From: Promethearchaeia archaeon
Lineage (GTDB): Archaea > Asgardarchaeota > Lokiarchaeia > Sigyniarchaeales > SOKP01
Reading direction: 5' to 3'
Assembly: GCA_029856045.1 (NCBI GenBank)
Contig: JAHQWG010000016.1
Coordinates: 288,001-352,000 of the forward strand
DNA length: 64,000 nt
The position numbers and the translations under genes were made by a program. Under the pieces are notes generated by a model, which saw only the letters and a list, made by a program, of their open reading frames with translations, was not told the origin of the DNA and searched no databases. Position 1 is the first letter of the stretch; the number at the start of each line of letters is the position of its first letter. Below are positions 37,305-47,680 of this stretch, in pieces.

Positions 37305-37973
37305 ATGATTAAATTAATTTTAGGAATAGATGAGGCTGGTAGAGGTTGTTTAATCGGCTCAATGATTATTTGTGGTGTCCTTTTTGATGAAAACAAACAA
37401 AAATATTTAGAAGAGATTGGTGTAAAAGATTCTAAAAAATTATCTCCAAGAAGAAGGACAGAATTATGCAAGTTAATTGTAGAAAACTGTGTAAAATATA
37501 AAGTTATTGATGTTTCGGTAAAAGAGATTGATGATAGACTCAATAAAAACATAACTCTGAATGAATTGGAGTTGGAAAAATTTGTTGAAATTATCAATTC
37601 TCTAAAGCCAGATGAAGCATTTCTTGATGCAGTAGATGTAAATGAAGAACGATTTAAAACTTCTTGTAAGAAAAGGGTAAATTATAAAGGGCTTAAAATT
37701 GTTTCTAAGCATAAAGCTGACGATCTTTTTCCAATAGTCTCTGCAGCTTCGATTGTAGCTAAAACAATTAGAGATAAAAAAATCTCGGAATTAAAAATTA
37801 AATATGGTGATCTTGGATCTGGTTATTCAAGTGACGTAAAAACTATTGAATTTGTTAGAAAGTGGATTAAAGAAAAGAAATCTATTCCTCCCTTTATTAG
37901 AAAAAGCTGGGATACCACAAAAAGACTTTTAGAAGAAGAATTATATAATAAAAAAATTAGTGAGTTTCTCTAG
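37305..37973 (+). CDS. rnhB: Ribonuclease HII
   Basis: GIDEAGRG, GVKDSKKLS, HKADD..VSAASIVAK, GSGYSSD, RKSW. Confidence 0.97.
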   Translation: MIKLILGIDEAGRGCLIGSMIICGVLFDENKQKYLEEIGVKDSKKLSPRRRTELCKLIVENCVKYKVIDVSVKEIDDRLNKNITLNELELEKFVEIINSLKPDEAFLDAVDVNEERFKTSCKKRVNYKGLKIVSKHKADDLFPIVSAASIVAKTIRDKKISELKIKYGDLGSGYSSDVKTIEFVRKWIKEKKSIPPFIRKSWDTTKRLLEEELYNKKISEFL

Positions 37974-37982
37974 AAAAGGTAT

Positions 37983-38672
37983 TTATTTTTCCAGAAAAAC
38001 CCCAAGATGACCGCCAGCATAAGAATCTATGCTAATTTTTTCTAAAACCTTTAAATCTGCATTTTTTAGAGTGTTTAATTCATTTTTAAAAATCTCTTTT
38101 GGCTTTTCGGTGCTTTTGATTGATTGCGATTTAATAAATAATATTATCTTTCCGCCTTCTTTTAAATATAATTTAGCATTTCTTATTGCAATATTTGCCT
38201 GTTCAGGGTGTGAAACATCTTGATAAATTAAATCCACCGGCTTATAAATTAACATTGAATATTCCTGTGGATTTAATGCATTTCCAAGAATAGGTATTAT
38301 ATTTTTTCGAGATGTAGTATTTTGAATTAATTGGCGTAAGCTTCTTTCAGAAATTTCAACACCGAATATTAATCCATTAGAAACTATATCAGAAATGTGA
38401 GAAATTGTAGTTCCAGTAGATGCTCCCAAATATAAGCAGGTTGTTTTTCTTTCTAAATATATCTTTTGAGCCCCTTTTAAAATTAAAGCTGCTAATTTAC
38501 TTCGATATGGATCCCATAATCGAAATTCTTCATCCATTTTTAGAATTATTTTTTCTCCATAAATTACATTACCTTTATCCAGATTTTTAGTATATAATTT
38601 TAATTTTTCAGAAGAACCCGATATAAATACATTTACAAATTTAGGATGAGGTCTAATATTCGGCAGAATCAA
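37983..38672 (-). CDS. flpA: Fibrillarin-like rRNA/tRNA 2'-O-methyltransferase
   Basis: WDPYRSKLAA, LYLGASTGTTISHISD, NIIPILGNA, DLIYQDV. Confidence 0.95.
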   Translation of the reverse strand: MILPNIRPHPKFVNVFISGSSEKLKLYTKNLDKGNVIYGEKIILKMDEEFRLWDPYRSKLAALILKGAQKIYLERKTTCLYLGASTGTTISHISDIVSNGLIFGVEISERSLRQLIQNTTSRKNIIPILGNALNPQEYSMLIYKPVDLIYQDVSHPEQANIAIRNAKLYLKEGGKIILFIKSQSIKSTEKPKEIFKNELNTLKNADLKVLEKISIDSYAGGHLGVFLEK

Positions 38673-38703
38673 ATAAAATTCACATCTCTAGAGATTGAAG
38701 AAA

Positions 38704-39918
38704 TTATCTTCTCTTTTTACTTCTTTTCTTTTGTGATAAATTCTGAGACTTTTTTTGGCTCTTTTTTGGTGGATTTGGATATTTTCGTTTGATCTCTTCA
38801 ATCTTTTGATTAACTTCATTTAATAATTGATCTCCTAATAGCTTATCAGAAAAATAATCTAATTTTGCAGCTATTGATATTTTTCCAGATAATAATCGAG
38901 AAATTTTCCCCCTGTGCCAAGGTTTTGCAGAGCGAATTCCATGCCATTGAAATATAATACCATGCTTCGGAGATTTTGCATTTGATTTTAAGGATCTAAA
39001 TAATGCCCTTTCTGCTCCCAATAACTGAATAGTTGAGGCTGGTAGCATAGCTAACTTTTTAATGCTCCCGACAGAAGCCACTAATTTAGCTCCGATTAAT
39101 GCTCCTACAAGCGTTGTCAAATTAGGGGTTGCTCCATTCATTATTTCATCTAAATCATTTTCTAATCGCGTTCGATATGACTCAATAGATAGAATTAAAT
39201 CGGCATATTTCTGAATATTATCAAGGTCAATCTCCGCACCCATTGAATTTTGAGATTGAGTGATGATCTCGTTTAAAGTATAATCTTTAAAAGAAAATTT
39301 ATCTTGAAGGTTCTCTTTAGTAAAATTCTCTCGACTTCCAATAATTGAAATTAATTTACTAAATACTACATGATCCTCAATAATTTTGTCAGTTAATTCC
39401 GGGAAATGTAATCCGTACCACTCTCTAATACGTGTGCTAAACAAATTTATAGTTTTCTTTAATAAATCAAGAGTATTACTCATCTGAATAATTAATATAT
39501 CATCTTTTCCTGAAGCCCGACTTATTGATTTTTTTGCAAGACTTTCCCCTAATTTTTTCGATCGTTCTCTTATTTGTTCCTCCGTTATTTGAACTCCATA
39601 TTTATTAACACTGTTTCTCAAATTTAATTTAAATGATTGAATAAGAGGACACGGAACCTCATGTTTTGCATTAAAATTAGAATTCTGATTAATTAAATTA
39701 CTTAAATTTGAGTTATCAACAATAAATTCATTATACCCATTTTCTGATAACTCTTCTAATAATTTTGTAAATTCTTGAGGTAGATTATTTTCTCCTATTA
39801 GTCCATAGAATTCAATTATTTTATTAATTTCTCCATCAAAATCTTGAAAATTAATTGGACTCTCTAATTCATCAATTATAAAAATCCCAACCACAGTATC
39901 TGCAATATAACACTTAAT
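38704..39918 (-). CDS. nop5: C/D box sRNP core protein Nop5 (Nop56/58); start probably ATT at 39918
   Basis: REWYGLHFPEL, PASTIQLLGAERALF, PKHGIIFQ, AAKLDYF; upstream in-frame IKCYIADT after GGGGA SD. Confidence 0.95.
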   Translation of the reverse strand: MKCYIADTVVGIFIIDELESPINFQDFDGEINKIIEFYGLIGENNLPQEFTKLLEELSENGYNEFIVDNSNLSNLINQNSNFNAKHEVPCPLIQSFKLNLRNSVNKYGVQITEEQIRERSKKLGESLAKKSISRASGKDDILIIQMSNTLDLLKKTINLFSTRIREWYGLHFPELTDKIIEDHVVFSKLISIIGSRENFTKENLQDKFSFKDYTLNEIITQSQNSMGAEIDLDNIQKYADLILSIESYRTRLENDLDEIMNGATPNLTTLVGALIGAKLVASVGSIKKLAMLPASTIQLLGAERALFRSLKSNAKSPKHGIIFQWHGIRSAKPWHRGKISRLLSGKISIAAKLDYFSDKLLGDQLLNEVNQKIEEIKRKYPNPPKKSQKKSQNLSQKKRSKKRR

Positions 39919-40033
39919 AATTTAGTCCCCTTCATTCATACTAACTTTAAATAATATAATAATACTTATTATTAATAATGAGTTCCCTATTAAAAATAAA
40001 CATATCAACCATTGAAAAATTTTAAAAATAAAA

Positions 40034-40951
40034 ATGAGTGAATTTTTTAAAAAAATTGCCGAGAAACCATTCATATTGGCTTCTGGTATTCTTGGTGTTT
40101 CTTATTCTAGTATGAAACGGATATTTGAAGGGGGAGCAGGAGCAGTAGTCACAAAATCAATTGGACCAATTCTAAGAGAGGGATATAAAAATCCTTCAAT
40201 TATAGAAATACTGCCTGGAACTTTCATTAATAGCGTTGGTCTTGCAAATCCAGGTATAGATAATTTTATTTCAGAGATTAAAGAATTAAAACGGAATAAT
40301 ATAACAACTATTGTCTCAGTTTTTGGGGATTCAATAGAAACCTATACCCAGGTAGCAGTAAAGGCCCAAGATGCGGGTGCAGATGCTATAGAATTAAATA
40401 TTTCTTGCCCTCATGCTGAAATATCGATTATTTGTCAAAATAAACAATTAACCTATGATTATGTTGCAGCTGTTAAAAAAGAGTTAAAAATACCATTAAT
40501 TGTAAAGTTATCTCCAAATGTAACAGATATAGGCGAGATTGCATTAAGTGCTGAGAAAGCGGGTGCAGATGCTATCACCGCAATTAATACAGTAAATGCA
40601 ATGGTAATTGATATTGAAACCCAGAGACCAATTTTATCACATGGAAGCGGTGGTCTTTCTGGGAAAGCAATCCATCCTATAGCTGTAAAAAAAGTATTTA
40701 ATCTTTATAAAATTGTAAGAATTCCTATATTTGGATGTGGTGGAGTATTTACAGGGGAAGACGCAATTGAATTTTTCTTGGCTGGCGCTTCTGCTGTTCA
40801 AATTGGTTCCGCTTTATATCAAGATTACAATGCAATAACAACTATTATTAATATCGCTAAAAAATATTTAGAAGTTCATAATTATAAATCATTCTCAGAT
40901 ATAGTTGGAAATGCACACGGATTTGAAACTCAGGAGGTTCCAGATTTTTAA
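40034..40951 (+). CDS. pyrD: Dihydroorotate dehydrogenase (family 1B) catalytic subunit
   Basis: ILASGILG, VVTKSIG, NSVGLANPG, ELNISCPH, VKLSPNV, AINTV, GGLSG. Confidence 0.95.
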   Translation: MSEFFKKIAEKPFILASGILGVSYSSMKRIFEGGAGAVVTKSIGPILREGYKNPSIIEILPGTFINSVGLANPGIDNFISEIKELKRNNITTIVSVFGDSIETYTQVAVKAQDAGADAIELNISCPHAEISIICQNKQLTYDYVAAVKKELKIPLIVKLSPNVTDIGEIALSAEKAGADAITAINTVNAMVIDIETQRPILSHGSGGLSGKAIHPIAVKKVFNLYKIVRIPIFGCGGVFTGEDAIEFFLAGASAVQIGSALYQDYNAITTIINIAKKYLEVHNYKSFSDIVGNAHGFETQEVPDF

Positions 40952-41814
40952 TGATTAAAAAACCGCGAATGGTTCAAATATCGGAGATTGTCCAAGAGTC
41001 AAAGGATGTTAAAACTTTTACTTTTAATATCAATTCAATACTCAATAATTACTCGATTCAATATCAAGATCCCACTCCTGGTGAGTTTTTAATGGTGTGG
41101 GTACCCGGAATAGATGAAATTCCAATGTCCCTATCTGGATTTAACAATAATAAAGATTGGAGTATAACCGTTAAAAAAGTAGGAGAATGTACCGAAACAC
41201 TCTTCAATTTAGAAAAGAGTGATTTAATAGGAATACGAGGACCATTTGGTAATGGATTTCAAATTCTTGAATTTAACTCTAATAACCAATTAAACATTGT
41301 CGTTGGTGGTGGCATTGGAATGGCTCCATTAATACCATTAATTTCTGAATTAATAAAACTAAAAATAAAGATAATTGTAATAGAAGGTGTAAAAAGTAAG
41401 GAAGAAATTATCTTTAAAAAGTATTTAGAAAACTATTTGATAGAAAATGAAACCTTCTATATCTCAACGGATGATGGGAGTTATGGATATAAAGGATTTG
41501 CAACAGATCTTTTTAATTCAATTATAAAAAAGGAAATAGAAAAAGGAAATAAAATAAATCAAGTGAATAGTTGCGGACCAGAACAAATGATGTATGAATT
41601 ATTTCATATTTGCGAAAAACTTAATATTACTTTTCAAGGAAGTCTTGAAAGAATGATGCGGTGTGGATTTGGTATGTGTGGATTATGTGTATTAGATCCC
41701 TCAGGTATTAGAGTTTGTCGGGAAGGTCCAGTTCTTGATTCAAAAATTTTAAGAACTTGTACTGATTTTGGTAAATATAATAGAGATTTTAGCGGCAAAA
41801 AAAATACGATATAG
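40951..41814 (+). CDS. pyrK: Dihydroorotate dehydrogenase electron transfer subunit
   Basis: RGPFGNGF, GGGIGMAP, TDDGSYG, CGPEQM, ERMMRCGFGMCGLC..VCREGPV. Confidence 0.93.
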   Translation: MIKKPRMVQISEIVQESKDVKTFTFNINSILNNYSIQYQDPTPGEFLMVWVPGIDEIPMSLSGFNNNKDWSITVKKVGECTETLFNLEKSDLIGIRGPFGNGFQILEFNSNNQLNIVVGGGIGMAPLIPLISELIKLKIKIIVIEGVKSKEEIIFKKYLENYLIENETFYISTDDGSYGYKGFATDLFNSIIKKEIEKGNKINQVNSCGPEQMMYELFHICEKLNITFQGSLERMMRCGFGMCGLCVLDPSGIRVCREGPVLDSKILRTCTDFGKYNRDFSGKKNTI

Positions 41815-41833
41815 AAGTTAGAGTCAATTTTTA

Positions 41834-43465
41834 ATGCAATCACAAAATTTGGATGCTTCATCTGAAACTGAAAAAAAAGTTGCTCGAGAAATAATTGATT
41901 TTTTATTTAAACATCCAAATTTCAATAAAACAAAAATAACACAACTTAAAGGTAAAATTGGCAAAAGATATAGATACTTTAAGGTTATAAAGAATGCAAC
42001 TATTCTAAAATACGCAAAAGATTCAGAATATGAATTTTTAACTAATCTATTAAAGAGAAGAATAACACGAACAATTTCTGGAGTCACAATTATTGCAATA
42101 ATGACTAAACCCCTTCCTTGCCCAGGGACTTGTATATATTGTCCCGGTCCTGATTCACAACCTGATAAACCAGTAGCACAATCATACACGGGATTGGAAC
42201 CTGCTGCAATGAGGTCCATTCACAACAATTACGATCCTTACTTACAAGTCAAAAGTCGTATAGAAGATTTAGAAGCAATTGGCCATGTTGTAGATAAGAT
42301 AGAGCTAATTATAATGGGAGGAACATTCTTATCCACGGATATTGAGTACCAAAAGTCGTTTATTCAAGGAGCATTAGAAGGAGTTATTGAAAAAAAAGTT
42401 TTTTCTCTTAATAAAGCGAAGCAAATGGCTGAAAAATCATCTCGAACATTAGTTGGATTGACTATTGAGACTCGTCCTGATTATTGTACTCAAAAATATA
42501 TTGATTATATGTTGGATTATAGTGCCACTAGAGTAGAAATCGGAGTTCAGACTGTTTTCAACAATATTTTTAAATTAGTAAATCGAGGGCATACCACTAA
42601 AGAGAGTATTGAAGCAATTAGATGGGCAAAAGATGCAGGTTTAAAAGTAAATACTCATATAATGCCAAATTTACCTGGTTCAAATTATTCTAAAGACTTG
42701 GAATTGTTTGAAGTCCTTTTTTCTGACCCAGATTATAAACCTGATCTACTAAAAATTTATCCTTGTTTAGTTGTAAAAGGAACCGAATTATATAATTGGT
42801 GGAGGGAAGGAAAATATAAACCATATGATTTGGATAAACTTATTGATTTAATTGCAAATGTAAAAAGAAACCTTCCACCATATGTTAGGATACAAAGAAT
42901 AATGCGAGATATACCTGCTCAGTTAATAGAGGCGGGTTGTAAAAAGAGTAATTTGAGACAACTTGTTCAAGAAAGATTAAGTCAATTAAATAGCAGTTGT
43001 AATTGCATTCGATGCCGTGAATATGGTATATCAAACAGAGATGATGTGATTGATACAAATTCTTTTGAAGATATCAAACTATATAGATTGGATTATGAAG
43101 CATCAATGGGTTTTGAAGTATTTTTATCTTATGAAAATAAAAATGAAAATTATTTAATTGGATATTTACGCTTAAGAAAACCCTCTGAGTTCGCTCATAG
43201 ACCTGAATTAAATGATGGAAATACTATGATAGTAAGAGAAATAAAAGTTGTAGGAGAATTAGTTCCAAAAGGCTCCAAACCAAATAAGGAATCTCAAATA
43301 CAGCACCGCGGGTTTGGAAAAGAACTTATAGAACATGCTGAAAAAATATCAAGAGAGGAGTTTGATGCAAAAAAATTAGCGGTAATAAGCGGTCTTGGAG
43401 TAAAGCGATGGTTCAAAAAATTAGGATATGATAAAGACGGACCATATGTTTCAATTAAGTTATAA
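41834..43465 (+). CDS. elp3: tRNA U34 carboxymethyl modification radical SAM/GNAT enzyme Elp3
   Basis: CPGTCIYCPG, QSYTGLEPA, MGGTF, IETRPD, KIYPCLV, CIRCREYG, QHRGFGK. Confidence 0.96.
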   Translation: MQSQNLDASSETEKKVAREIIDFLFKHPNFNKTKITQLKGKIGKRYRYFKVIKNATILKYAKDSEYEFLTNLLKRRITRTISGVTIIAIMTKPLPCPGTCIYCPGPDSQPDKPVAQSYTGLEPAAMRSIHNNYDPYLQVKSRIEDLEAIGHVVDKIELIIMGGTFLSTDIEYQKSFIQGALEGVIEKKVFSLNKAKQMAEKSSRTLVGLTIETRPDYCTQKYIDYMLDYSATRVEIGVQTVFNNIFKLVNRGHTTKESIEAIRWAKDAGLKVNTHIMPNLPGSNYSKDLELFEVLFSDPDYKPDLLKIYPCLVVKGTELYNWWREGKYKPYDLDKLIDLIANVKRNLPPYVRIQRIMRDIPAQLIEAGCKKSNLRQLVQERLSQLNSSCNCIRCREYGISNRDDVIDTNSFEDIKLYRLDYEASMGFEVFLSYENKNENYLIGYLRLRKPSEFAHRPELNDGNTMIVREIKVVGELVPKGSKPNKESQIQHRGFGKELIEHAEKISREEFDAKKLAVISGLGVKRWFKKLGYDKDGPYVSIKL

Positions 43466-43541
43466 TAAAATAAAAAGTTAAAATTTAATGAATAAATAGA
43501 ATTTAAAAAAGTTATAAACCTCCAAAATAACTGTTAAAAGA

Positions 43542-45473
43542 TTGAAGATGACAGGATATAATTATAAAGAACTTGGGTTAAAATGCGGAATAGAGGTTCA
43601 CCAGCAGTTAGATTCAAAAACTAAATTATTTTGTAGATGTCCCAGTGAATTACAAGGTAGCAGGCCTCTTGATTTTACGATTCTTAGATATATGAGACCA
43701 GTTCTAGGAGAGATGGGTGAATATGATGAAGCTATGCTTACAGAATATTCAAAGGGAATGACAATTATATATGAAGGCTACAATGATTTGATTTGTACTT
43801 ATGAGCTAGATGAAACCCCTCCATTTGAATGTAATCCAGAAGCTATTAATATTGCCCTAATGATTGCCTCTCTTTTAAAAATGACTATAATCAATGAATT
43901 ACATATCTCACGCAAAAATTATCTTGATGGAAGTGTCCCATGTGGTTTTCAAAGAACTACAGTAGTTGCAACCGATGGAGAAATAATTTTAGGAAGTGGA
44001 AAAACAATAGGATTAGACTTTATTTGTTTAGAAGAAGATGCTGCAAGGAAGATCAAAACAGAAAATAAAATTCAATATTTTCGATTAGATCGATTAGGTA
44101 TTCCTCTTGTTGAAATTACTACCAAACCTGATATTTTTACTCCACAAGAAGCTCGAGACTGTGCAGAACGTATTGGATTACTTCTTTGGGGAACGGGGAA
44201 GGTAAAAACTATCTTAGGCTCCATAAGACAGGATTTAAATATTAGTATTGAAAGAGGGACCCGTATTGAAATTAAAGGAGTCCAAAAATTAGATTGGTTT
44301 AAACCTTTAATTAATAATGAAATATCTCGACAATTGACATTAATCGAAATTGCGGATAAATTAAACAAAAAAGAAGCAAAAAAAGAAGATATCAAAGAAG
44401 ATATTGTTGATCTCTCTAAAGAATTAAAGAGTACTAAGTGTGGTTTTGTAAATAATGGTATAAAATCAGGTAAAAAATTATTTGGAATAAATTTACCTGG
44501 ATTTGGTGGGATATTTGGTATTGAACTCCAACCAAATAGAAGATTTGGAACTGAGATTGCAAATAAAGTTAAAATAATCTCCGGACTTAAAGGTCTCATT
44601 CATTCTGATGAGAGTTTAAGGGAATATGGGTTTTCAGATAAAGAAATAGATATTATTAAAAACAAATTAAACACAAAAGATTCTGATTGTTTTGTATTAG
44701 TTTTAGGAAAAGAGAAAAACGTTAAAAAAGCAATGGATGTAATAATTAAAAGAATTAAATTAGCATTTAAAGGAGTTCCTAGCGAAACACGAAGAGCCTT
44801 GGAAGATGGAAATACTGAATTTCTTAGAGAATTACATGGAGGTGCTCGCCTATACCCAGATACGGATTCTAAAGCAATTACTATAACTAAGGATAGAATT
44901 AAAAAGATTCAACAAGTTCTGCCAGAATATCCGTGGGATTTGATGAAGAGATATTCTGAAGAGTTTAAAATTAAAGAACGATCCATAAAGGACCTTATTT
45001 TTGAAGGAAAATTAAAATTATTTGAAGACTTGATTAAAATCTATAAAGAAAATCCTACTCTTATAATTACTACATTATTAGAGACGATAAAAGCCTTAAA
45101 AAGGGATGGAACAAAGGTGAACAATCTTACTGATAAGCATTTTATTGATCTATTCACTTCATTAAAAAATAATGAGATTAGTAAAGAAGCTATTGAAGAT
45201 ATTCTAATTAAACTTTCCAACTCTCCGAATATAAGTTTAAAAGAAGCAAAAGAACAATTAAAAATAATCAAGCTTTCAGACGATGATTTGATCAAATCAA
45301 TTCAAAAAATCATCAATAAAGAAGTAGAACTAATTAGAAAAAGTGAAATGAGAGCTTTTGGCCCTTTAATGGGAGAAGTGATGAAAGAGGTAAGAGGAAA
45401 GATTGATGGCAAAATTGTTGCTGAAAAATTAAAAGAAGCAATTATAAATAAATTAGAGGAGTTAAAAAAATGA
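43542..45473 (+). CDS. gatE: Glu-tRNA(Gln) amidotransferase subunit E
   Basis: GIEVHQQLD..KLFCRCP, GFQRT, LEEDAAR, LDRLGIPLVEI, IRQDLNISI, ARLYPDTD. Confidence 0.96.
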   Translation: MKMTGYNYKELGLKCGIEVHQQLDSKTKLFCRCPSELQGSRPLDFTILRYMRPVLGEMGEYDEAMLTEYSKGMTIIYEGYNDLICTYELDETPPFECNPEAINIALMIASLLKMTIINELHISRKNYLDGSVPCGFQRTTVVATDGEIILGSGKTIGLDFICLEEDAARKIKTENKIQYFRLDRLGIPLVEITTKPDIFTPQEARDCAERIGLLLWGTGKVKTILGSIRQDLNISIERGTRIEIKGVQKLDWFKPLINNEISRQLTLIEIADKLNKKEAKKEDIKEDIVDLSKELKSTKCGFVNNGIKSGKKLFGINLPGFGGIFGIELQPNRRFGTEIANKVKIISGLKGLIHSDESLREYGFSDKEIDIIKNKLNTKDSDCFVLVLGKEKNVKKAMDVIIKRIKLAFKGVPSETRRALEDGNTEFLRELHGGARLYPDTDSKAITITKDRIKKIQQVLPEYPWDLMKRYSEEFKIKERSIKDLIFEGKLKLFEDLIKIYKENPTLIITTLLETIKALKRDGTKVNNLTDKHFIDLFTSLKNNEISKEAIEDILIKLSNSPNISLKEAKEQLKIIKLSDDDLIKSIQKIINKEVELIRKSEMRAFGPLMGEVMKEVRGKIDGKIVAEKLKEAIINKLEELKK

Positions 45474-46828
45474 GTAAAAATCAAAATAATGAAAAATATC
45501 CTGGATATTCTAAAGACGCAATAGATATTTTAGAAAAATTTGGTGCAAAAATCTGGTCAATTATTGAAATAAAAACAGAAACTACCAGATATAAAGGTAT
45601 TTTACTCCCCCGATCCAAGTATTCAGAACCGGGATTGATCGAAATTAAATTAGAAAATGGTTATAATATTGGAGTTAAAATATCAAAAGATATAGAAATC
45701 AAAATTCTTGGTAATCGTGAAGGAAAATATAAAATACCTGAAAAAACATTTCCTATAAATAAAAAATTACCAAATATCAAGCTTTTTGGTACTGGTGGAA
45801 CTGTTGCAGCTAGACTTGATTATACAACTGGTGCTGTTATTCCTGCCTTCACACCAGGAGAATTATTCAGTGCAGTTCCAGAACTAGCAGATATCTGCAA
45901 TTTAGACACTGAAATTGTCTTTGAAATTCTTTCGGAAGATATGAAACCAAGTTATTGGCAAATGTTGGCGGAAAAGGTAAAAAAGGAAGCAAATGCCGGT
46001 ATCGATGGAATTATTATTGGACATGGAACAGATACTATGAGCTTCACGTCTGCGGCTTTATCTTTTATGCTTAAAGATTTATCCATACCAGTCGTATTAG
46101 TTGGGAGTCAAAGAAGTAGTGATCGTCCATCTTCAGATTCTGCATTAAATTTAATTAATGCTGCAACTGTCGCAGCTAAATCTGACTTAGCAGAAGTAGT
46201 TGTATGTATGTTGGGTTCCTCATCTCATAAATACGGACTCATTCATAGAGGTACACGTGTAAGAAAAATGCACACCTCCTATAGACACACATTCAGAACG
46301 ATTGGAAATATTCCTTTAGGAAAGGTGGAAAATGGAAAAATAACCATGTTTCAAACCGATTATCAAAAAAGAACAAAATCTGAAACCAAAACAATTTCAA
46401 AATTTGAAGAAAAAATTGGATTAATTTATTCCTATCCGGGAATGACAAATGATATTATTAATTTTTATATAGATAAAAAATATAGAGGAATAGTTCTTGC
46501 TGGAACTGGTTTAGGCCATACCTCAACATATATATTTGATTCAATTAAGAGAGCAATTGAAGAAGGAATAATAATTTTAATGGTCTCTCAATGTCTTAAT
46601 GGTTTTGTAGGAATGGATGTTTATTCTACAGGAAGAAATTTAACTCAATTAGGAGTTATTCCTGGTAAAAACTTGTTACCTGAAGTTGCTTACGTAAAAC
46701 TCGGATGGGTATTAGGGCAAACTCAAAATCCCGATGAAATAAAAAATTTATTGTTAAAAAATATTGCAGGAGAATTTTTAGAAAGAGAGATCCCAATCGC
46801 TTTTAATTATAATGCTGATGAATTATAA
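45470..46828 (+). CDS. gatD: Glu-tRNA(Gln) amidotransferase subunit D
   Basis: GTGGTVAARLDYTTG, HGTDTM, GSQRSSDRPSSD, RKMHTS, GTGLGH. Confidence 0.96.
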   Translation: MSKNQNNEKYPGYSKDAIDILEKFGAKIWSIIEIKTETTRYKGILLPRSKYSEPGLIEIKLENGYNIGVKISKDIEIKILGNREGKYKIPEKTFPINKKLPNIKLFGTGGTVAARLDYTTGAVIPAFTPGELFSAVPELADICNLDTEIVFEILSEDMKPSYWQMLAEKVKKEANAGIDGIIIGHGTDTMSFTSAALSFMLKDLSIPVVLVGSQRSSDRPSSDSALNLINAATVAAKSDLAEVVVCMLGSSSHKYGLIHRGTRVRKMHTSYRHTFRTIGNIPLGKVENGKITMFQTDYQKRTKSETKTISKFEEKIGLIYSYPGMTNDIINFYIDKKYRGIVLAGTGLGHTSTYIFDSIKRAIEEGIIILMVSQCLNGFVGMDVYSTGRNLTQLGVIPGKNLLPEVAYVKLGWVLGQTQNPDEIKNLLLKNIAGEFLEREIPIAFNYNADEL

Positions 46829-46920
46829 AAAAATAAACATAAAACATAAAAATTTTGTAATATTTTACTTTTTTATATTTTTAAGCAGTTATTAAAAATA
46901 AACGAACGTTGTGTAATTAG

Positions 46921-47640
46921 ATGGGAAAACGAATTTTAGTTCAGCGTAAAGGACGTGGAGGCTTAAATTTTCGAAGCCCTAGCCATAAACATATTGGATC
47001 GGTCCATTATCGTAATATTATAGACAGAAATGATGTAAAGAAATTCAAAATTATCGAATTACTTCATTCTCCTGGAAGAGGAGCTCCGGTTGCTAGAGTG
47101 AGATATAATGATGGAGAAGTTCATTTGTTCCTTCCTCCAGAAGGTATTTTTGTAGGTGACGAATTTACTCATGGAGCTGGAGGAAAAATTGAAGTTGGTA
47201 ATGTAATTCCAATTAAGGACGCCCCTCTTGGAACTTATGTATTTAACATAGAATCAACACCTTTTGATGGAGGAAAATTCATTAGATCTTCAGGAACTAC
47301 AGGAAATATTATAGGACACTCAAAAAACTCAACAGAAATACAATTCCCTTCAAAAAAAAAGCGTTTATTTAATGATAATTGCTTATGTACGATAGGAATC
47401 GTCGCGGGTGGTGGTAGAACTGAAAAACCATTCGTGAAAGCTGGAAATAAATACCACTATATAAAACCTAAAGCTAAAAAGTGGCCAATTACTCGAGGTG
47501 TAGCCATGAATGCGGTGTCACATCCTCACGGAGGTGGTGCAAAACAGGGACCTGGAGGTCCAACCACAATTTCTCGTAATGCTCCTCCAGGAAGGAAAGT
47601 TGGATTAATTGCAGCAAGAAGATCTGGTCGTAGAAAATAA
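46921..47640 (+). CDS. rpl2: 50S ribosomal protein L2 (uL2)
   Basis: MGKRILVQRKGRG, HSPGRGAPVA, RGVAMNAVSHPHGGG, APPGRKVGLIAARRSG. Confidence 0.98.
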   Translation: MGKRILVQRKGRGGLNFRSPSHKHIGSVHYRNIIDRNDVKKFKIIELLHSPGRGAPVARVRYNDGEVHLFLPPEGIFVGDEFTHGAGGKIEVGNVIPIKDAPLGTYVFNIESTPFDGGKFIRSSGTTGNIIGHSKNSTEIQFPSKKKRLFNDNCLCTIGIVAGGGRTEKPFVKAGNKYHYIKPKAKKWPITRGVAMNAVSHPHGGGAKQGPGGPTTISRNAPPGRKVGLIAARRSGRRK

Positions 47641-47680
47641 AATAAATAAATAATTTTATATTTATTAAAAATCTAGGATA